Of a stretch of 64,000 bases of DNA, positions 37,505-51,860 are shown piece by piece. The notes under the pieces were generated by a model, which made no database searches, was not told the DNA's origin, and saw only the letters and a list, made by a program, of their open reading frames with translations. Origin of the DNA: Octopus vulgaris (Eukaryota). Position 1 is the stretch's first letter, and every line of letters starts with the position of its first letter. The stretch covers positions 49,290,001-49,354,000 of the forward strand of contig OX597826.1 in NCBI GenBank assembly GCA_951406725.2. Direction: 5' to 3'. The position numbers and the translations under genes were made by a program.

Positions 37505-37589
37505 TGTAAGTTGAACTATGTATGCAAAGCGTCAGAGAAAGAAACCTAGCTATTTCCTGCTATAAATACCAATACATACATCTAAAGCA

Positions 37590-37721
37590 AGAATTTTCAA
37601 GGAGGGGGCCTTAAAATAATGTTGTGGATCCCCTAAATTACTATCTTGTTACGTGGATACCCAAATATCTTATATGACCCCCTCCTCCAGTGGTCATATG
37701 GCCCCATGTTGAGAACCACTG
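37590..37721. mobile_element. hAT-like MITE remnant (one terminus)
   Basis: Ends gttgagaaccactg, the reverse complement of the CAGTGGTTCTCAAC hAT/Charlie-type terminus; left end not found. Confidence 0.45.
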
Positions 37722-38148
37722 CACTTGTTGTCTTAAGGCAGGAAGGCATATAATCTTCGACAAAAAACACAAAATCAGAGACAGGATATCACAGTTAGAC
37801 CTGCTTTCAGTCATGGCACCGCTCGATCGGAACTAAACAGCAACAACAGCGACAACAACAACATTAGAACTTAATTCCTGTTGTTCTAAAGAATCTGTTT
37901 GTCTGTCTGCCACTTTCAGTCATTTTGGCACCAAATGTAAGAAGAACTCTTACCGAGAACATTAGATGAACCTTTCCCCAAAACAAATCTTTGTTGTTAA
38001 GTTCTTATTTACACTCGAAAGAAGCTACCGTTTCTTTCGGAGGCGCAGCAGTAAGAGATGACGATGATGATGATGATGCTAGTGGTGGTAATGGTGGTGG
38101 TGGTGGTGGTGGTGCCGATAGTGATGGTGGCTGGGTGGGTTACATCAT

Positions 38149-38197
38149 GTACGGCCTACTATACCCGTTGAGATATTTGTAATATTAATCAAGATAA

Positions 38198-38244
<47 letters not shown>

Positions 38245-38349
38245 CAATAATAATTCTCTAAAAGAGATATAGACAGTAACTGCTCGAAACAAGTACGGCC
38301 TACACCATACCCGTTGAGATATTTGTAATATTAATCAAGATAATAATGG

Positions 38350-38412
<63 letters not shown>
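38149..38412. repeat. Local duplication, period 144 bp, each unit ending in (TA)n
   Basis: gtacggcctac..atacccgttgagatatttgtaatattaatcaagataataat at 38149 and 38293. Confidence 0.9.
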
Positions 38413-38417
<5 letters not shown>

Positions 38418-38653
38418 GAGTATGTATGTATAAAGTTTCAAATTTTTGTTTTCTAACTTTTGGAACAGATTCCTATTGAGCCTTTTTTTTGTTTGTTTGT
38501 TTGTTTCGTTTTTTATACTCATTTATGAACACCCACCCGTCCACCCTAAAACTAACTCGGGTACATTGATGAATTTCACTAAACCCTTTCAAAATAAATT
38601 TTTATTTTTAATCAATATTTTGTTAATGTTTAACACACACACACATATATATA

Positions 38654-38778
38654 TATTTCTTTACTAGCCACAAGGGGCTAAATATAGAGAGGACAAACAG
38701 GGAGAGAGAAAGGGATTAAGTTGATTACATCGACCCAGTGCGAAACTGGTACTTTATTTATCGACCCCGAGAGGATGA

Positions 38779-38780
<2 letters not shown>
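38654..38780 (-). mobile_element. Family B SINE 3' fragment (tail type 2)
   Basis: tttctttactagccacaaggggctaaat...gattacatcgacccagtgcgaaactggtactttatttatcgaccccga. Confidence 0.85.
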
Positions 38781-38812
<32 letters not shown>

Positions 38813-38847
38813 TTATGCACACACACGCATATATGTATGTGTGTTTG

Positions 38848-38902
<55 letters not shown>

Positions 38903-39084
38903 ATATATATGTATGTATATATATAATGTATGTATGTATATATATATATGTATGTATATATATAAGTATGTATGTATATATATAAGTATGTATGTATATA
39001 TATAAGTATGTATGTATGTATATGTGTGTGTGTATGTATGTGTATATATATATATATATATATAGTGTATGTACATATATATGT

Positions 39085-39192
39085 GAGACTGGTGCAGACT
39101 CCCGGCTTGTCAGTCCTCAATCAAACCGTCCAACCCATGCCAGCATGGAAAGCAGACGTTAAACGATGGTGATCATGATGGCTATGATGATA
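39085..39192 (+). mobile_element. RTE-type 3' tail fragment
   Basis: aaccgtccaacccatgccagcatggaaagcagacgttaaacgatggtgat matches 24196-24245. Confidence 0.8.
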
Positions 39193-39472
39193 ATGTTTGT
39201 GTGTGTTTATATTTCGTTTCCTTTTATTTCAAATCTGTGAAAGTTGCTTTAAGATAGGAATATGACTCGTATCCGTTGATGATATATTTTGAAATAGTAA
39301 TTCTAATAATGATGATAGAAATAATATTAATAATGATGATTATTATTATTATCAAATTAATTAATTAATTATAATTTGTTTCAGAAATGAGCAGATGTGT
39401 TGTAAATTAAGTAATTCCAAATTTGAAAGTGAGAAGCTTCGCTTAATGGTTGTTGAAGATTCAAAGAGAAAG

Positions 39473-39511
<39 letters not shown>

Positions 39512-39835
39512 CTGTGTGTGTGTGTGTGTGTGTGTGATAGAGAGATGAATTTTGAATGTGTGAAGGTGAGAGAGGTGAAGTTTGTATGTAAAGGAAAAGA
39601 AGAGAGAGAGAGAGAGACAGAGGGACGGGACAGAAGGAACTATCTTCGCAAAAAAAAAACCGATATAATTCTTTGACTGTTCTTCTAAATAAAACTTATT
39701 TCTGCTCTGGCTGAAGCGAAGAATATCTTTAAAAATAAGCGAGTGATATAAAACATATCCATTCACAGAAAACCACGCTCTCCCTCTCTCGCACTCGCTC
39801 TCTGCACACACACACATAGATATTTATGTGTGTGT

Positions 39836-39867
<32 letters not shown>

Positions 39868-40052
39868 ATAGGTACGCACACGCGCTTATACTGAACTTAT
39901 AAAACTGGAGGCTTATCTAATTTCTCAATTATGAGTCATGTAATACATAATCACATTTGAATAACGTATCTCTTTCTTCATACACGTTTATACATACGTG
40001 GTACGTCTATGTATGTAGATGCACACACATGCGTGCACACACACACACATAT

Positions 40053-40085
<33 letters not shown>

Positions 40086-40200
40086 CTGTAGTCATGCATA
40101 CATCCACACGTAGACTTAAAATTATGCATTCTTATATTCACAGATGTGTATGTGTGAATGAATGTATGTGTGTGTTCGTATAAATATATATATATATGTA

Positions 40201-40257
<57 letters not shown>

Positions 40258-40477
40258 CTACTAACAGAAGGGGTGTGGGGAAGAGACGGGCAGTAAGTGA
40301 ATATAATGTGCTGTTGGTAAGTCTATATAAAACAACTTATTTAAATCACTTCGCTTCTCAATAATTTCACGTTTCCCATAGGAATAGATATATATACATA
40401 CATATGTAGGTATGTATGTATGTATCTCTCTCTCCCTCATATATATATATATATGTATGTATATGTGTGTGTATATA

Positions 40478-40530
<53 letters not shown>

Positions 40531-40542
40531 ATGTGGTGTGTG

Positions 40543-40596
<54 letters not shown>

Positions 40597-40606
40597 TATA
40601 TATATA

Positions 40607-40867
40607 CAGATTGGTGTGTGCTGTCCCCCGATTTCGTTGTCTCTCCTCGCAACTTTCTGAAAAATGAATATTTGCTTTTAACGAAACTTTGCAGAATATA
40701 CATTTTCGAGTATGAAGATACGGTTATCTTCATGAAATTATAAAAACATTATTATCCATTGTAATTCCAATGTACACCCTGAAAAACGTATCTCTGCAAT
40801 ACTTCATTAAAAGATACACATTTTTCAAAAAGTTATGCAGTAGCTAAATGGGTGGGGCACTAATCTG
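40607..40867. mobile_element. Tc1/mariner-type MITE with long (~100 bp) imperfect TIRs
   Basis: TA|CAGATTGGTG ... CACTAATCTG|TA; internal mirror pairs gcaactttctgaaaaatg / catttttcaaaaagttatgc and ttttaacgaaactttgcaga / tctgcaatacttcattaaaa. Confidence 0.75.
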
Positions 40868-40878
40868 TACTTATTGTT

Positions 40879-40948
<70 letters not shown>

Positions 40949-42357
40949 TAACATATGTGTGTATTTGTTCGTGTGTGTGATAGTTCTTACATCAGACTAC
41001 AGAGTTGGTTTTGATGAAACGATGGGGATGTTCTGTTGAAAGCTGCTGTTTTGCTCCAGTAGATGCTGAGCTTTTCTGATACCTCAAGCTATCATCTAGC
41101 CGTCTTGTGTATAAGGGCAAATATATGTTTGATGCAACGCCATCATAGCACAGTTCTTCCCTGTCCCCGCGGAGAATTATCTTTCGTCAGCTTATAATGC
41201 GGCAGAAATTAAGAATAAGCACCGAACGACCATTTAATAAATCAAGATACTTAAAAAAAAATTTTTTTTTTCTAATTTTATTTTCGTATACGCGCACCGA
41301 ATGACATTCGTTAGCGACATGCGCACAAAGAGCGAGCGTTAATTACAATAAATTAAGAACTAATTTAAAACATTTAATTCGTATGCTTAAGAGGAATATC
41401 TGATCGTTTTTGTTAAGATTTGCATTGTGACAGTGATGAACATGGTGTGGTCTTTTGTTGGACATTGATCAACGTAGGTTTTCACATGTGGAAATAGGAG
41501 TACGAATAATTTTCAATGAGCAGTAATTTCATTTATTTTATTAAATTTTGTTGTATTTCGAGAGGGTCATTAGGCCAATAATAAACACACGCACTGGTTC
41601 GATTTCACTTCTTTGCTATTTGTTAATAGGTTAACTATTTAACCAATTAAAACTGCTCGATTGATTAATCATTCGGTTATTCAATGAATCAGTTATGTTT
41701 CCTAAGTTCCTTTTCTAAGTTCCTTCACCATTCACGACCTTTTCGATGACATGCCCTGAAAACGAATCAAATTTTGGCTAATCAAAATTTGGCTAATCCA
41801 TCCAATCCAGTGGTATGGATTTTAGGGTAACTCACGAATACTCAACCTCTTACTCAGGAACAGGTAATTCAATTGATAGAACAGTTGAATCCTTGTCATC
41901 AAGCGACGAAGATCCATTGTCATTACTCTGGCTCATCTGAAGGAATTATTTTTCCCAGTATATTGTGTCTGTCGGAATCTTGTTAAATTTCCTTCAACCA
42001 GTTTTTTAAGTATTTCAAAATTTCCCCATTTTCAAATTTTCAACACTGGATGTATTATTATTTATTATTAATTAATATTTATTATTATAATTTATTACTA
42101 CTTTCTAGAAAAAAAAAATGGGTGCGATTTCTGTCATCAGCATACAAAATGTTTTGAAAATAACCTGATGATTTGAAACACTTCAAGTGGCTAGAAGAAA
42201 TTTAACAAGATCCGTCCTTTATATGAGACTACATTAAATAAGGCACTCTTCTCTGTTATTTCTAGCAATTGCGTAGTAAGCCACCTTGTTGGCCCGCACA
42301 CTTGTTGAGTTCTAGAATCATTGATTAAAGAAAGATATTAAGGCTTTGACCGTTACT

Positions 42358-43165
42358 ATGGCTGTGTGTGGTTCAGAGGTTCGTTTTGAAAGCACGTGGT
42401 TTCGGTTTCAGTCCACCGTACGGCAACCTGATCAAGCGTGTTCTTCTTTAACCGAGGGGAAAATTTGGTTGACGGAAACTGTGTTGAAGCTTGTCACACA
42501 CACACACATACATATATATTCGTAATTTGATATAAATGAATGTGACGTACTTGTCTTTGGGTTTATCTCCCATCACATGACAACTAGTGATGGCTTATTT
42601 ACGTCCCCGTAACTCAGCGATTCGGCAAAAAAAATAAAGAACGATAGAACAAAGAATAAGAAAAAAAGAAAAGGGATCTTTTCGGTTTGAACGGCAGTTT
42701 TTTCTAGCGGTGTCATATGAAATTGTCACCCATAATTATGACCCTAGTATCGATCTATTGCATTTCAATCTATTTTAGGGTTAGGGTATCTTGGGGGGAA
42801 GGGTATCTTTTTTTCTTCACAAATGTAAATAAACCCAATCTGTTTCTTAAACGAGGGACATATTCATAGGGCACAGAATGTTTTTTACCTCAATGGGCGT
42901 CAGTGATTGGTTGAAATTGCAGAAATTGAAGAAAAAAACAACAAATATCTTACAAACTATAGAATTTTCTCAATAAAGCCAAGAGAAAAAGATGTTTTAT
43001 AAACACATCCTACCAGTATACGAAGTTTAAAATTTTTTAGTTACCTAGAAATTATGTTAAAAACTGCCGTTCAAACCGAAAAGATCCAAGAAAAGAACTA
43101 TAGGGGGTCGGTTGGCGTTGCTCCAACATGGCCGCAGTCCAATGATCAACACAAATAAAAGAATA
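42358..43165 (+). mobile_element. Diverged family A SINE split by a DNA transposon
   Basis: tggctgtgtgtgg head, tttacgtccccgtaactcagcgattcggcaaaa before the insert and gctccaacatggccgcagtccaatga after it. Confidence 0.75.
42674..43087. mobile_element. 414-bp non-autonomous DNA transposon, 29-bp perfect TIRs, 8-bp TSD (Merlin-like by GG ends and TSD length; hAT not excluded)
   Basis: GGATCTTTTCGGTTTGAACGGCAGTTTTT / AAAAACTGCCGTTCAAACCGAAAAGATCC; TSD AAGAAAAG at 42666-42673 and 43088-43095; two internal TTAGGG units at 42775-42786. Confidence 0.88.
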
Positions 43166-43869
43166 GAAACAATAATTGTACACATACAGACACACAAAGA
43201 AATTGAGGTGTGATGTGGAAGGCGTCCTACAGGCAGACGATCAGTAAAACCGAATACAACAGCATTGATATCAGCTATTCAGCGCACGAGCCCTAATAAA
43301 ATTCTATTTTATTTTGTTATATCGATAATAAAACCTGAAATTTAAAAGATGTCAGGTTTAAGGTGAGTGGGTGGGTGGGTGGCCGAGTTGATACACAGCC
43401 TTGAACAGTCAAGGAAAACAACATAACAAAGAAATTAAAGTAAAGAGAAAAGGAGGAAAAGGGGAAAATAAGACGAGAGAATACGGTGGCTCTCACCACT
43501 CCTGCCAGAAGCTTTTGTTTTCTGGAGATGTCACTATTGGACACGGCCTTATATGCCCATCCTTGCTCAATGCTGACAACATGACAGTATTAAAAAAAAC
43601 TGTATGCGTATGTATATATTTATATATATATATGTATGAGTCGTGTTTGTACATTCATACACGTACATATTTATTAATATAACTATATATGGATATAAGT
43701 GTCTCTATAGTTTCACTACAATTTCTGCTTCTGTTCTAGCTGTGCTTACCTTTGTATGTCTGAGAGCTCATACATACACACACGAAAAAAGAAAAAAATT
43801 TATCCGTGACAGGATATGTATGTTGTGCACACACACACACACACACACACATATGTACATGTGTATATA

Positions 43870-44060
43870 AATCGGGGATAGAAGACAAGAAAAGACAACA
43901 ACGCGAGGACGTGGTACATGCGAAGCATTAATAAGACGCTCAGGGAAGGAAGTAACAGGGCGTTTTACGTTTCGAGCAAAGCTCTTCTTCAGGAACAGGA
44001 ATCAGAGGAAAGACCAAAAGAAAAGGAACACGAACATTAAAAAAATCGCCAACAATCCAC
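43870..44060 (-). mobile_element. Penelope-type short retroelement fragment with hammerhead core
   Basis: Same layout as 7672-7870; hammerhead core at 43962-43996; flanked by TA-rich microsatellite. Confidence 0.6.
43962..43996 (-). ncRNA. Minimal type I hammerhead ribozyme motif, core intact
   Basis: Minus strand gttc-CTGAAGA-A-GAGC-ttt-GCTC-GAAA-C-GTA-aaac; all core residues present, stem I weak (one mismatch next to the core), stem III reduced to ACGT. Confidence 0.6.
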
Positions 44061-44222
44061 GTGTAGTTACATATGTATATTTGCGTATATATGTAACATG
44101 TATATATATTGCGTATATATACATGTTTGTTGTTTACACACCCGTCTTCGTCTTTTGTTTCTTTTTTGTAAATTCCAACTATATATATATATATATTACA
44201 CACACACACATATATACATACA

Positions 44223-44315
<93 letters not shown>

Positions 44316-44324
44316 ACTGGTATA

Positions 44325-44430
44325 ATAAATAAGTTCTAGGCTTACAAAGAATAAGCCCTGAGGTCGATTTCTTCGACTAAAGAAGGTGCTCCAGTATGGC
44401 CGCAGTCAAATCACTGAAAGAATAAAAGAA
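44325..44430 (+). mobile_element. Family A SINE 3' fragment
   Basis: aataagttctaggcttacaaagaataag...ggtgctccagtatggccgcagtcaaatcactgaaa. Confidence 0.85.
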
Positions 44431-44641
44431 TATGTATGTCTGTATATATGTGTGTGTATATATGTATGTATTTATAAGTGAGTGTTTATATATGTATGTT
44501 TATATATATATATATATTGTATGTGTATATAAAAATGTATACATGTATGTATATATATATATACATACTTATATATATATATATATACATATATATGTAT
44601 ATATATATATATGTATATGTATGTATATATATGTATATATG

Positions 44642-44688
<47 letters not shown>

Positions 44689-45072
44689 GAGTGCATGTAT
44701 GTATGCACACACAGTTACATGTAAGGCTGTGTGCATGTGTTCAACTTACAAATGTGCAAGGTTATTCGGTTCATATTTTTTTTTTGTTTATATACATATA
44801 TATATTTTTTTAATATTTTATTTATCTCTTTATAAAATTAATTATTGTGACCGTATCTTAGAACAATCACTGGAAGTAATAAATAATGTTTAACATATAC
44901 CCGAGCGCCTGAACGCCCCACCCGCGCTCTGCCACCCGTCTACCCGTCCGCTCTTGGCTCTATGTGTGCCTGTGTGTCTGTGTGTACTCGTATGTGCATA
45001 GGTTGTGTTTATATATACATACACACACTTATACATACATACATACATACATACATACATACATACATACAC

Positions 45073-45103
<31 letters not shown>

Positions 45104-45296
45104 CACACTTACGCATACACAGTTGCAAATAGCGACAGAAGACAGATGTACAATAATTGGACAACTCAACTATGTGTATTGAGTCCTTTTTTACTTACTT
45201 TTCGTATACTTGTGAGCATCTGAGAAGTACTTCATGTGTGCGTGCGAGTGAATTTGTGTATACGTGTGTCTATATATGTATGCACATATATATATA

Positions 45297-45567
<271 letters not shown>

Positions 45568-46023
45568 TATATATATAATATATATCATATATATATATAT
45601 CAGACCCAATCTCTCTAATGTAGAAGCTTTGTTTAACACATACGTTCGTGTGTGTGTGCGTGTCTGTATCAACACACACACACACACACACACGGTGTTG
45701 CAGTATGTTCTAAATTCCATTAAACTATTTAGTTTAATTCAAAAACAAAAACAAAAACAAAAATAAACTTGTTTAGTTTAATTCGAAACACATAACTGTA
45801 CACACACACACACACTCACACACACACACACACACATTCATATTCACATACTCACATACACACTCAAAATCTCCCCTTATTTTCGTCTGCAACGAAACAA
45901 GATATTTCATTTATGCCCTACCCTATACCTTGTTTGCTGCTATATGAAGTGCCGAAAACTATATTTTATAGAATAAACTTACCCTCAGCCAGATTCTATT
46001 TTGCATTTGGTTGTGCAACATCA

Positions 46024-46729
<706 letters not shown>

Positions 46730-47188
46730 TTCTCCCGTTGATTGCAAATGCTCACCCCTCTCATTATTACTAACCAGGGTAGCAACACCGTCTCTCCCTC
46801 TGTCTCCTCCTCTACCTCACACACACACACTTTCTTTTCCTTACTCCCAGATCCTCATCGCCCTACACAATTTCACTTGTTCTATTAAAGGAACTCTATT
46901 AGGGAATCTTATTAAATCACATTACGTATGTTTCTATGTTTGTTTATATCTTAGTTTACATAATTTTCTAATCTCCTCCTTCCCTGCTTCTCCACCTCCT
47001 CCCATCTCTCTCTCAACGTCATTTATTCATCAGCCTTTTTTCCCCCCTTATATTTATTTATATTTGCATTCCTTCATCTTATACATGAGGCTTCTTCTGT
47101 GTATTTAGTCGTCCACGTTCATTCTTACATGTACATCCATGTTATGTATGTATGTATGTATGTATGTCATGTCTTTCGCATACAGGAC

Positions 47189-47221
<33 letters not shown>

Positions 47222-47403
47222 ATTTTTATATACATGTAATATAATATGTATATGTATATATATAAAATTTAGATGTTTCAACCAAAGATTGGTCCAGGCC
47301 ATGTCTAACTTAATAGCACGACCTGAGAAAATTATCTAAATCCTTTTTAAGTCAAGCTTTGTGGTCCACTCGAGAAGGGAGTTCTTATATAATATTATAT
47401 ATA

Positions 47404-47467
<64 letters not shown>

Positions 47468-47494
47468 ATATATAAAATATATATATTGTATATA

Positions 47495-47869
47495 TACTCT
47501 TTTACTTGTTTCAGTTATTTGACTGCGGCCATGCTGGAGCACCGCCTTTAGTCGAGCAAATCGACCACGGGACTTATTCTTTGTAAGCCCAGTACTTATT
47601 CTATCGGTCTCTTTTGCCGAACCGCTAAGTGACGGGGACGTAAACACACCAGCATCGGTTGTCAAGCAATGCTAGGGGGGCAAACACACACACATATACA
47701 TATATATACATATATAAGACAGGCTTCTTTCAGTTTCCGTCTACCAAATCCACTCACAAGGCATTGGTCGGCCCGGGGTTATAGCAGAAGACACTTACTT
47801 GCCCAAGATGCCACGCAGTGGGACTGAACCCGGAACCATGTGGTTGGTTAGCAAGCTACTTACCACACA
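47495..47869 (-). mobile_element. Family A SINE, nearly full length
   Basis: Reverse complement of 31946-32350 from tactcttttacttgtttcag to gcaagctacttaccacaca. Confidence 0.92.
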
Positions 47870-48234
47870 TATGTATGTATATATATATAATATATGTATA
47901 TATATGGCCAGTGAGCTGGAAGTTTTTCAACTACGAGTATTTTAACCTCCTATAGCACCCAGAGTCTTGGAGAATGGTATATAAAATATGAATAGAACCT
48001 AGTCTGCATTTCCTATTTTAGATCGACTTAAAACCAGTTTCTTGCTCTCCTTCCACCCAATTATTCTCCTAGGAGAATAAAATTTATTAATAAACATTGA
48101 TTTAACTAAGACTTCGACATTTCGCCTTAACGGGTTCTTCAACCGGTTTTTTTGAATAAATTTAGGAAGTCCCAGCCAAATTGCCAAACTAGAAATAACA
48201 GTACACAGAGAGCTCTAAATACTTAGATACCCGT

Positions 48235-48551
48235 TGGTGTGACTGTGTGGTAAGAGGTTTGCTTTGCAACCACATGGTTTCTGGTTCAATCCCACTGCGT
48301 ACGTAGCACGTTGGGTGGGTGGGTGTCCTCTACTATAGATTCGGGCTGACCAAAGCCTTGTGAGTAGATTTGGTAGCCGGAAAACCGAAAGAAGCCTGTC
48401 GTGTATATGTGTGTGTGTGTGTCTTTGTGTCTATGTTTCTAACTTAGCGGTTCGGCAAAGCCACCGATAGATTAAGTGCGATACATTTCACAAAAAATTC
48501 TTCAAGGCAGTGCCCCAGGATGGTCGCAGTCTAATGACTGAAACAAGTAAA

Positions 48552-48555
<4 letters not shown>
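48235..48555 (+). mobile_element. Family A SINE, diverged with internal deletions
   Basis: tgactgtgtggtaagagg...ggttcaatcccactgcgt...gaccaaagccttgtgagt...gcagtctaatgactgaaacaagtaaaaga. Confidence 0.85.
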
Positions 48556-48591
<36 letters not shown>

Positions 48592-48646
48592 GTGTGTGAT
48601 CATATACATACATATCTAAGTACACACACACACACATATATATATA

Positions 48647-48873
48647 TATTTCTTTACTACCTACAAGGGGCTAAACACAGAGGAGACAAACAAGGACAGA
48701 CAAAGGGATTAAGTCGATTACATCGACCCCAGTGCGAAACTGGTACTTTATTTATCGACCCCGAAAGGATGAAAGGCAAAGTCGACCTCGGCGGAATTTG
48801 AACTCAGAATGTAACGACAGACGAAATACGGCTAAGTTTTCGCCCGGCGTGCTAACGTTTCTGCCATCTCGCC
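48647..48873 (-). mobile_element. Family B SINE, full length (tail type 2)
   Basis: Near-identical to 36658-36890; head ggcgagatggcagaaacgttagcacgccgggcgaaa on minus strand. Confidence 0.92.
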
Positions 48874-48943
48874 ATATATAGTGTGTATGTGCAATCTTGT
48901 TGACCTTGCTTGGTATGAGAGTTTGAATTGTTGCTGTTATTAT

Positions 48944-48983
<40 letters not shown>

Positions 48984-49352
48984 GTCCTGCTGCTGCTGTC
49001 TGTATCAATTAAAGACTCCGACAGTTGGGACTGTCAACAACCTTTTTGCTTGAACAACAACAATAAAGGGCTTCGTTCCTCAATAAGTTTGTAGAGGTCA
49101 TGTCACTTGGCCTTCTTCCCTCCCCCCTCCCACCCGTCACTTCCTCGTCTGCTGCTCTTAAAGCAACGAGTGGGGGGGTCAGCGATGATGATAGCAAACA
49201 GCGGTTGTGGAGGTAGGCCACAGCGGAGTGAAAAGAAGAATGGAAAGAAGGAAAGAGAGAAATAGGAGAGCCGTTAAGCCACACTGATGTTTTATTTAGA
49301 TGTGTGTGTGTGTACATATATATATATATATGTGTGTGTGTGTGTATGTGTG

Positions 49353-49437
<85 letters not shown>

Positions 49438-49691
49438 GGATGTACTGGATTATACACACATATGTAAAAGGGAAAAAGTTGGCACATGCGCAGGGTGGGA
49501 CTGGGGGGGGGTCTCTGAGAGAAGGAAATATGTGAGTGAGGGAGGGGTTGGAGATGAGGAGTAGTGAAAGGGAGAGAAAAGAGTGAGAATGGCCTGGAGA
49601 TGGTGATGGTGATGGTGATGCTGCTGTTTAACCTTGAATCCAATCATTCATTCACTTTCTGGAAAACAAAACTAAACAATGTCGTTTATAT

Positions 49692-49728
<37 letters not shown>

Positions 49729-49771
49729 GAATGTTTAGCCCAATGAAGCGACCTTTCAGGAATTATGTCCT

Positions 49772-49890
49772 AAGCCTGGTACTTATTCTTCTATCGGTCG
49801 CTATTGCCGAACCGCTAACTTACGGGGACGTAAACATACTAGCACCGGTTGTCAAGCGGTGTAGGAGGACGAACACAGACACAAAGACAT

Positions 49891-49938
<48 letters not shown>

Positions 49939-50026
49939 TAAATTAGAGACAAAACCACTGATTTTTCCCTGTAAGTTTGGATTTATTCCCTAATATTTAT
50001 TATATATATATATATACATATATATT

Positions 50027-50086
<60 letters not shown>

Positions 50087-50252
50087 ATATATACGACGAG
50101 CTTCTTTCAGTTTCCCTCTACCAAATCCACTCACAAGGCTTTGGTTGGCCCGAGACTATAGTAGAAGACACTTGTCCAAGGTTCCACATACTGGTACTAA
50201 ACCCAGAACCATGTGGTTTGTAAGCAAGCTACTTACCACACAGCCACTCCTG
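49772..50252 (-). mobile_element. Family A SINE with expanded/interrupted internal microsatellite
   Basis: 5' half at 50091-50252 and 3' part at 49772-49890, both minus strand. Confidence 0.85.
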
Positions 50253-50333
<81 letters not shown>

Positions 50334-51659
50334 AATAATAATAATAAAATGTAACATAGCTTCAATGTCGGCTTGATATCAAAGATTAAGTTCAGCTTGA
50401 CCTTTTCTGTAGAATAGTTCACTGAAGTTGGAACTATGCCGGGACGACTATTGTTTTGGCATTTTGTATACCTTGGGAGATAAAGGAAGAACAGGAGTAG
50501 CTACTTCGCATGTTGTGGGGAGGTCACCAGTTTGGCTTTTTGATGACGTCACTTACAATCTCTGGAATTCAAATTCCCGCCAAGATCGATAATGACCCAT
50601 TCATTCCCCTCCGCGCTCTCTCGCTCGCCCTCATCCGAAGTGAAGTCGATGCAGTAAATATCAATGTATTATCTGGATCGATTAACATCGATTATTATGA
50701 TTATGTTCGTTGGAAAACGTGTGACCAGGTAAGCCATCGAAGGAACGGCTGTGTTGTTGGCCACACGACCTGTTAGAAATAGCTACCAAATCTCTCCCTC
50801 ACAAGTTTGCTTTTCGACTACTTGGTTTTTATATATGTGAGAGGGCGTGTGTCTTTGGGAATGTGCTTGTTCTCCCCCACCAGTGTTTGAAAGCCGGTGT
50901 TTGTTTATTTACCTCCTCGTAATTTAGAGCTTCGGCAAATGAAATGATCGAAGAGGAGCCAGACTTTTAAAATAAAGTACTAGGTTCGATTTCTTCACGG
51001 GGATATCTATCCCAGCCTAGCCACAGTCGAGTGAGTGAAGATGAACGATATATATAGATAGATAGATATCTTTGACAAACAACTTATTGACTAGCCGACT
51101 GATTAAACAAGCAATCGATTAGTTATTTCGGTAAATAACTAAACAAGTGACTAATAATAGTAAAGAAGTGAAATTGAACTAGTGCGTGTGTATATTATTG
51201 GCGTTGTGGCCCTCCCAAGACAACGAAGGTTGTCTCAACACACAAGTTCACATCTTTGCAAACCAAATAAAAAAAACACATACATACATACGTGTATGTG
51301 TGTGAGAGAGAGAAAGTGTGTGTTTGTGTCAATTGTTTCTTGTTTCTTTTGAGCTTCTATTGTCATAAAAGACCAAAGTTGATTTCAGAAGAATCGGTAA
51401 CAATTGATAAACGACCGCATCATGCATGATTGGTCAGTGCCAAAGACTAGGCCTTTTTTTATTGTCATTATTCTGTTTCCCATCATTCTTTTATATTATC
51501 TGTCAAAACAGCTCAAAGTTATCATTTGTCGAAAGCTTAATCAGCAGATACCAACTTCGACAATTCAAATCATTGATGGGGGTTGTTGTGCGAGTGTTTG
51601 GATTGCAAAACTAGCAGCTAAATATAACCATTAAATTCATTCGACCTTTATCGTAGTCC

Positions 51660-51860
51660 TTAAGGAGATTCAACGTCACATATAGTGTGTCATGGTTGGC
51701 CCTTTAAATTACAGGTACATTTCATTTCTGCAAGTTGAGTGGACCGGAGCAACGTGAAATAAAGTGTCTTGCTCAAGGACACAACTCGCTGCCGTTAATC
51801 GAACTCATGACGTTATGATCGTAAGCCGAATTCCTTAACCACTAAGCGACGCACCTTCAC
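51660..51860 (-). mobile_element. SINE with family D head and family C-like tail
   Basis: gagtggaccggagcaacgtgaaataaagtgtcttgctcaaggacacaac...aaccactaagcgacgcaccttc; tail ggccctttaaattacaggtac resembles the reverse complement of 34390-34408. Confidence 0.8.

Noticed and set aside
38149-38412. 144-bp duplication as a functional element
   Set aside because: Both units end in (TA)n; most simply slippage or haplotype mis-assembly.
39385-39415. Acceptor-like ttgtttcAG
   Set aside because: No convincing donor or frame-compatible exon follows.
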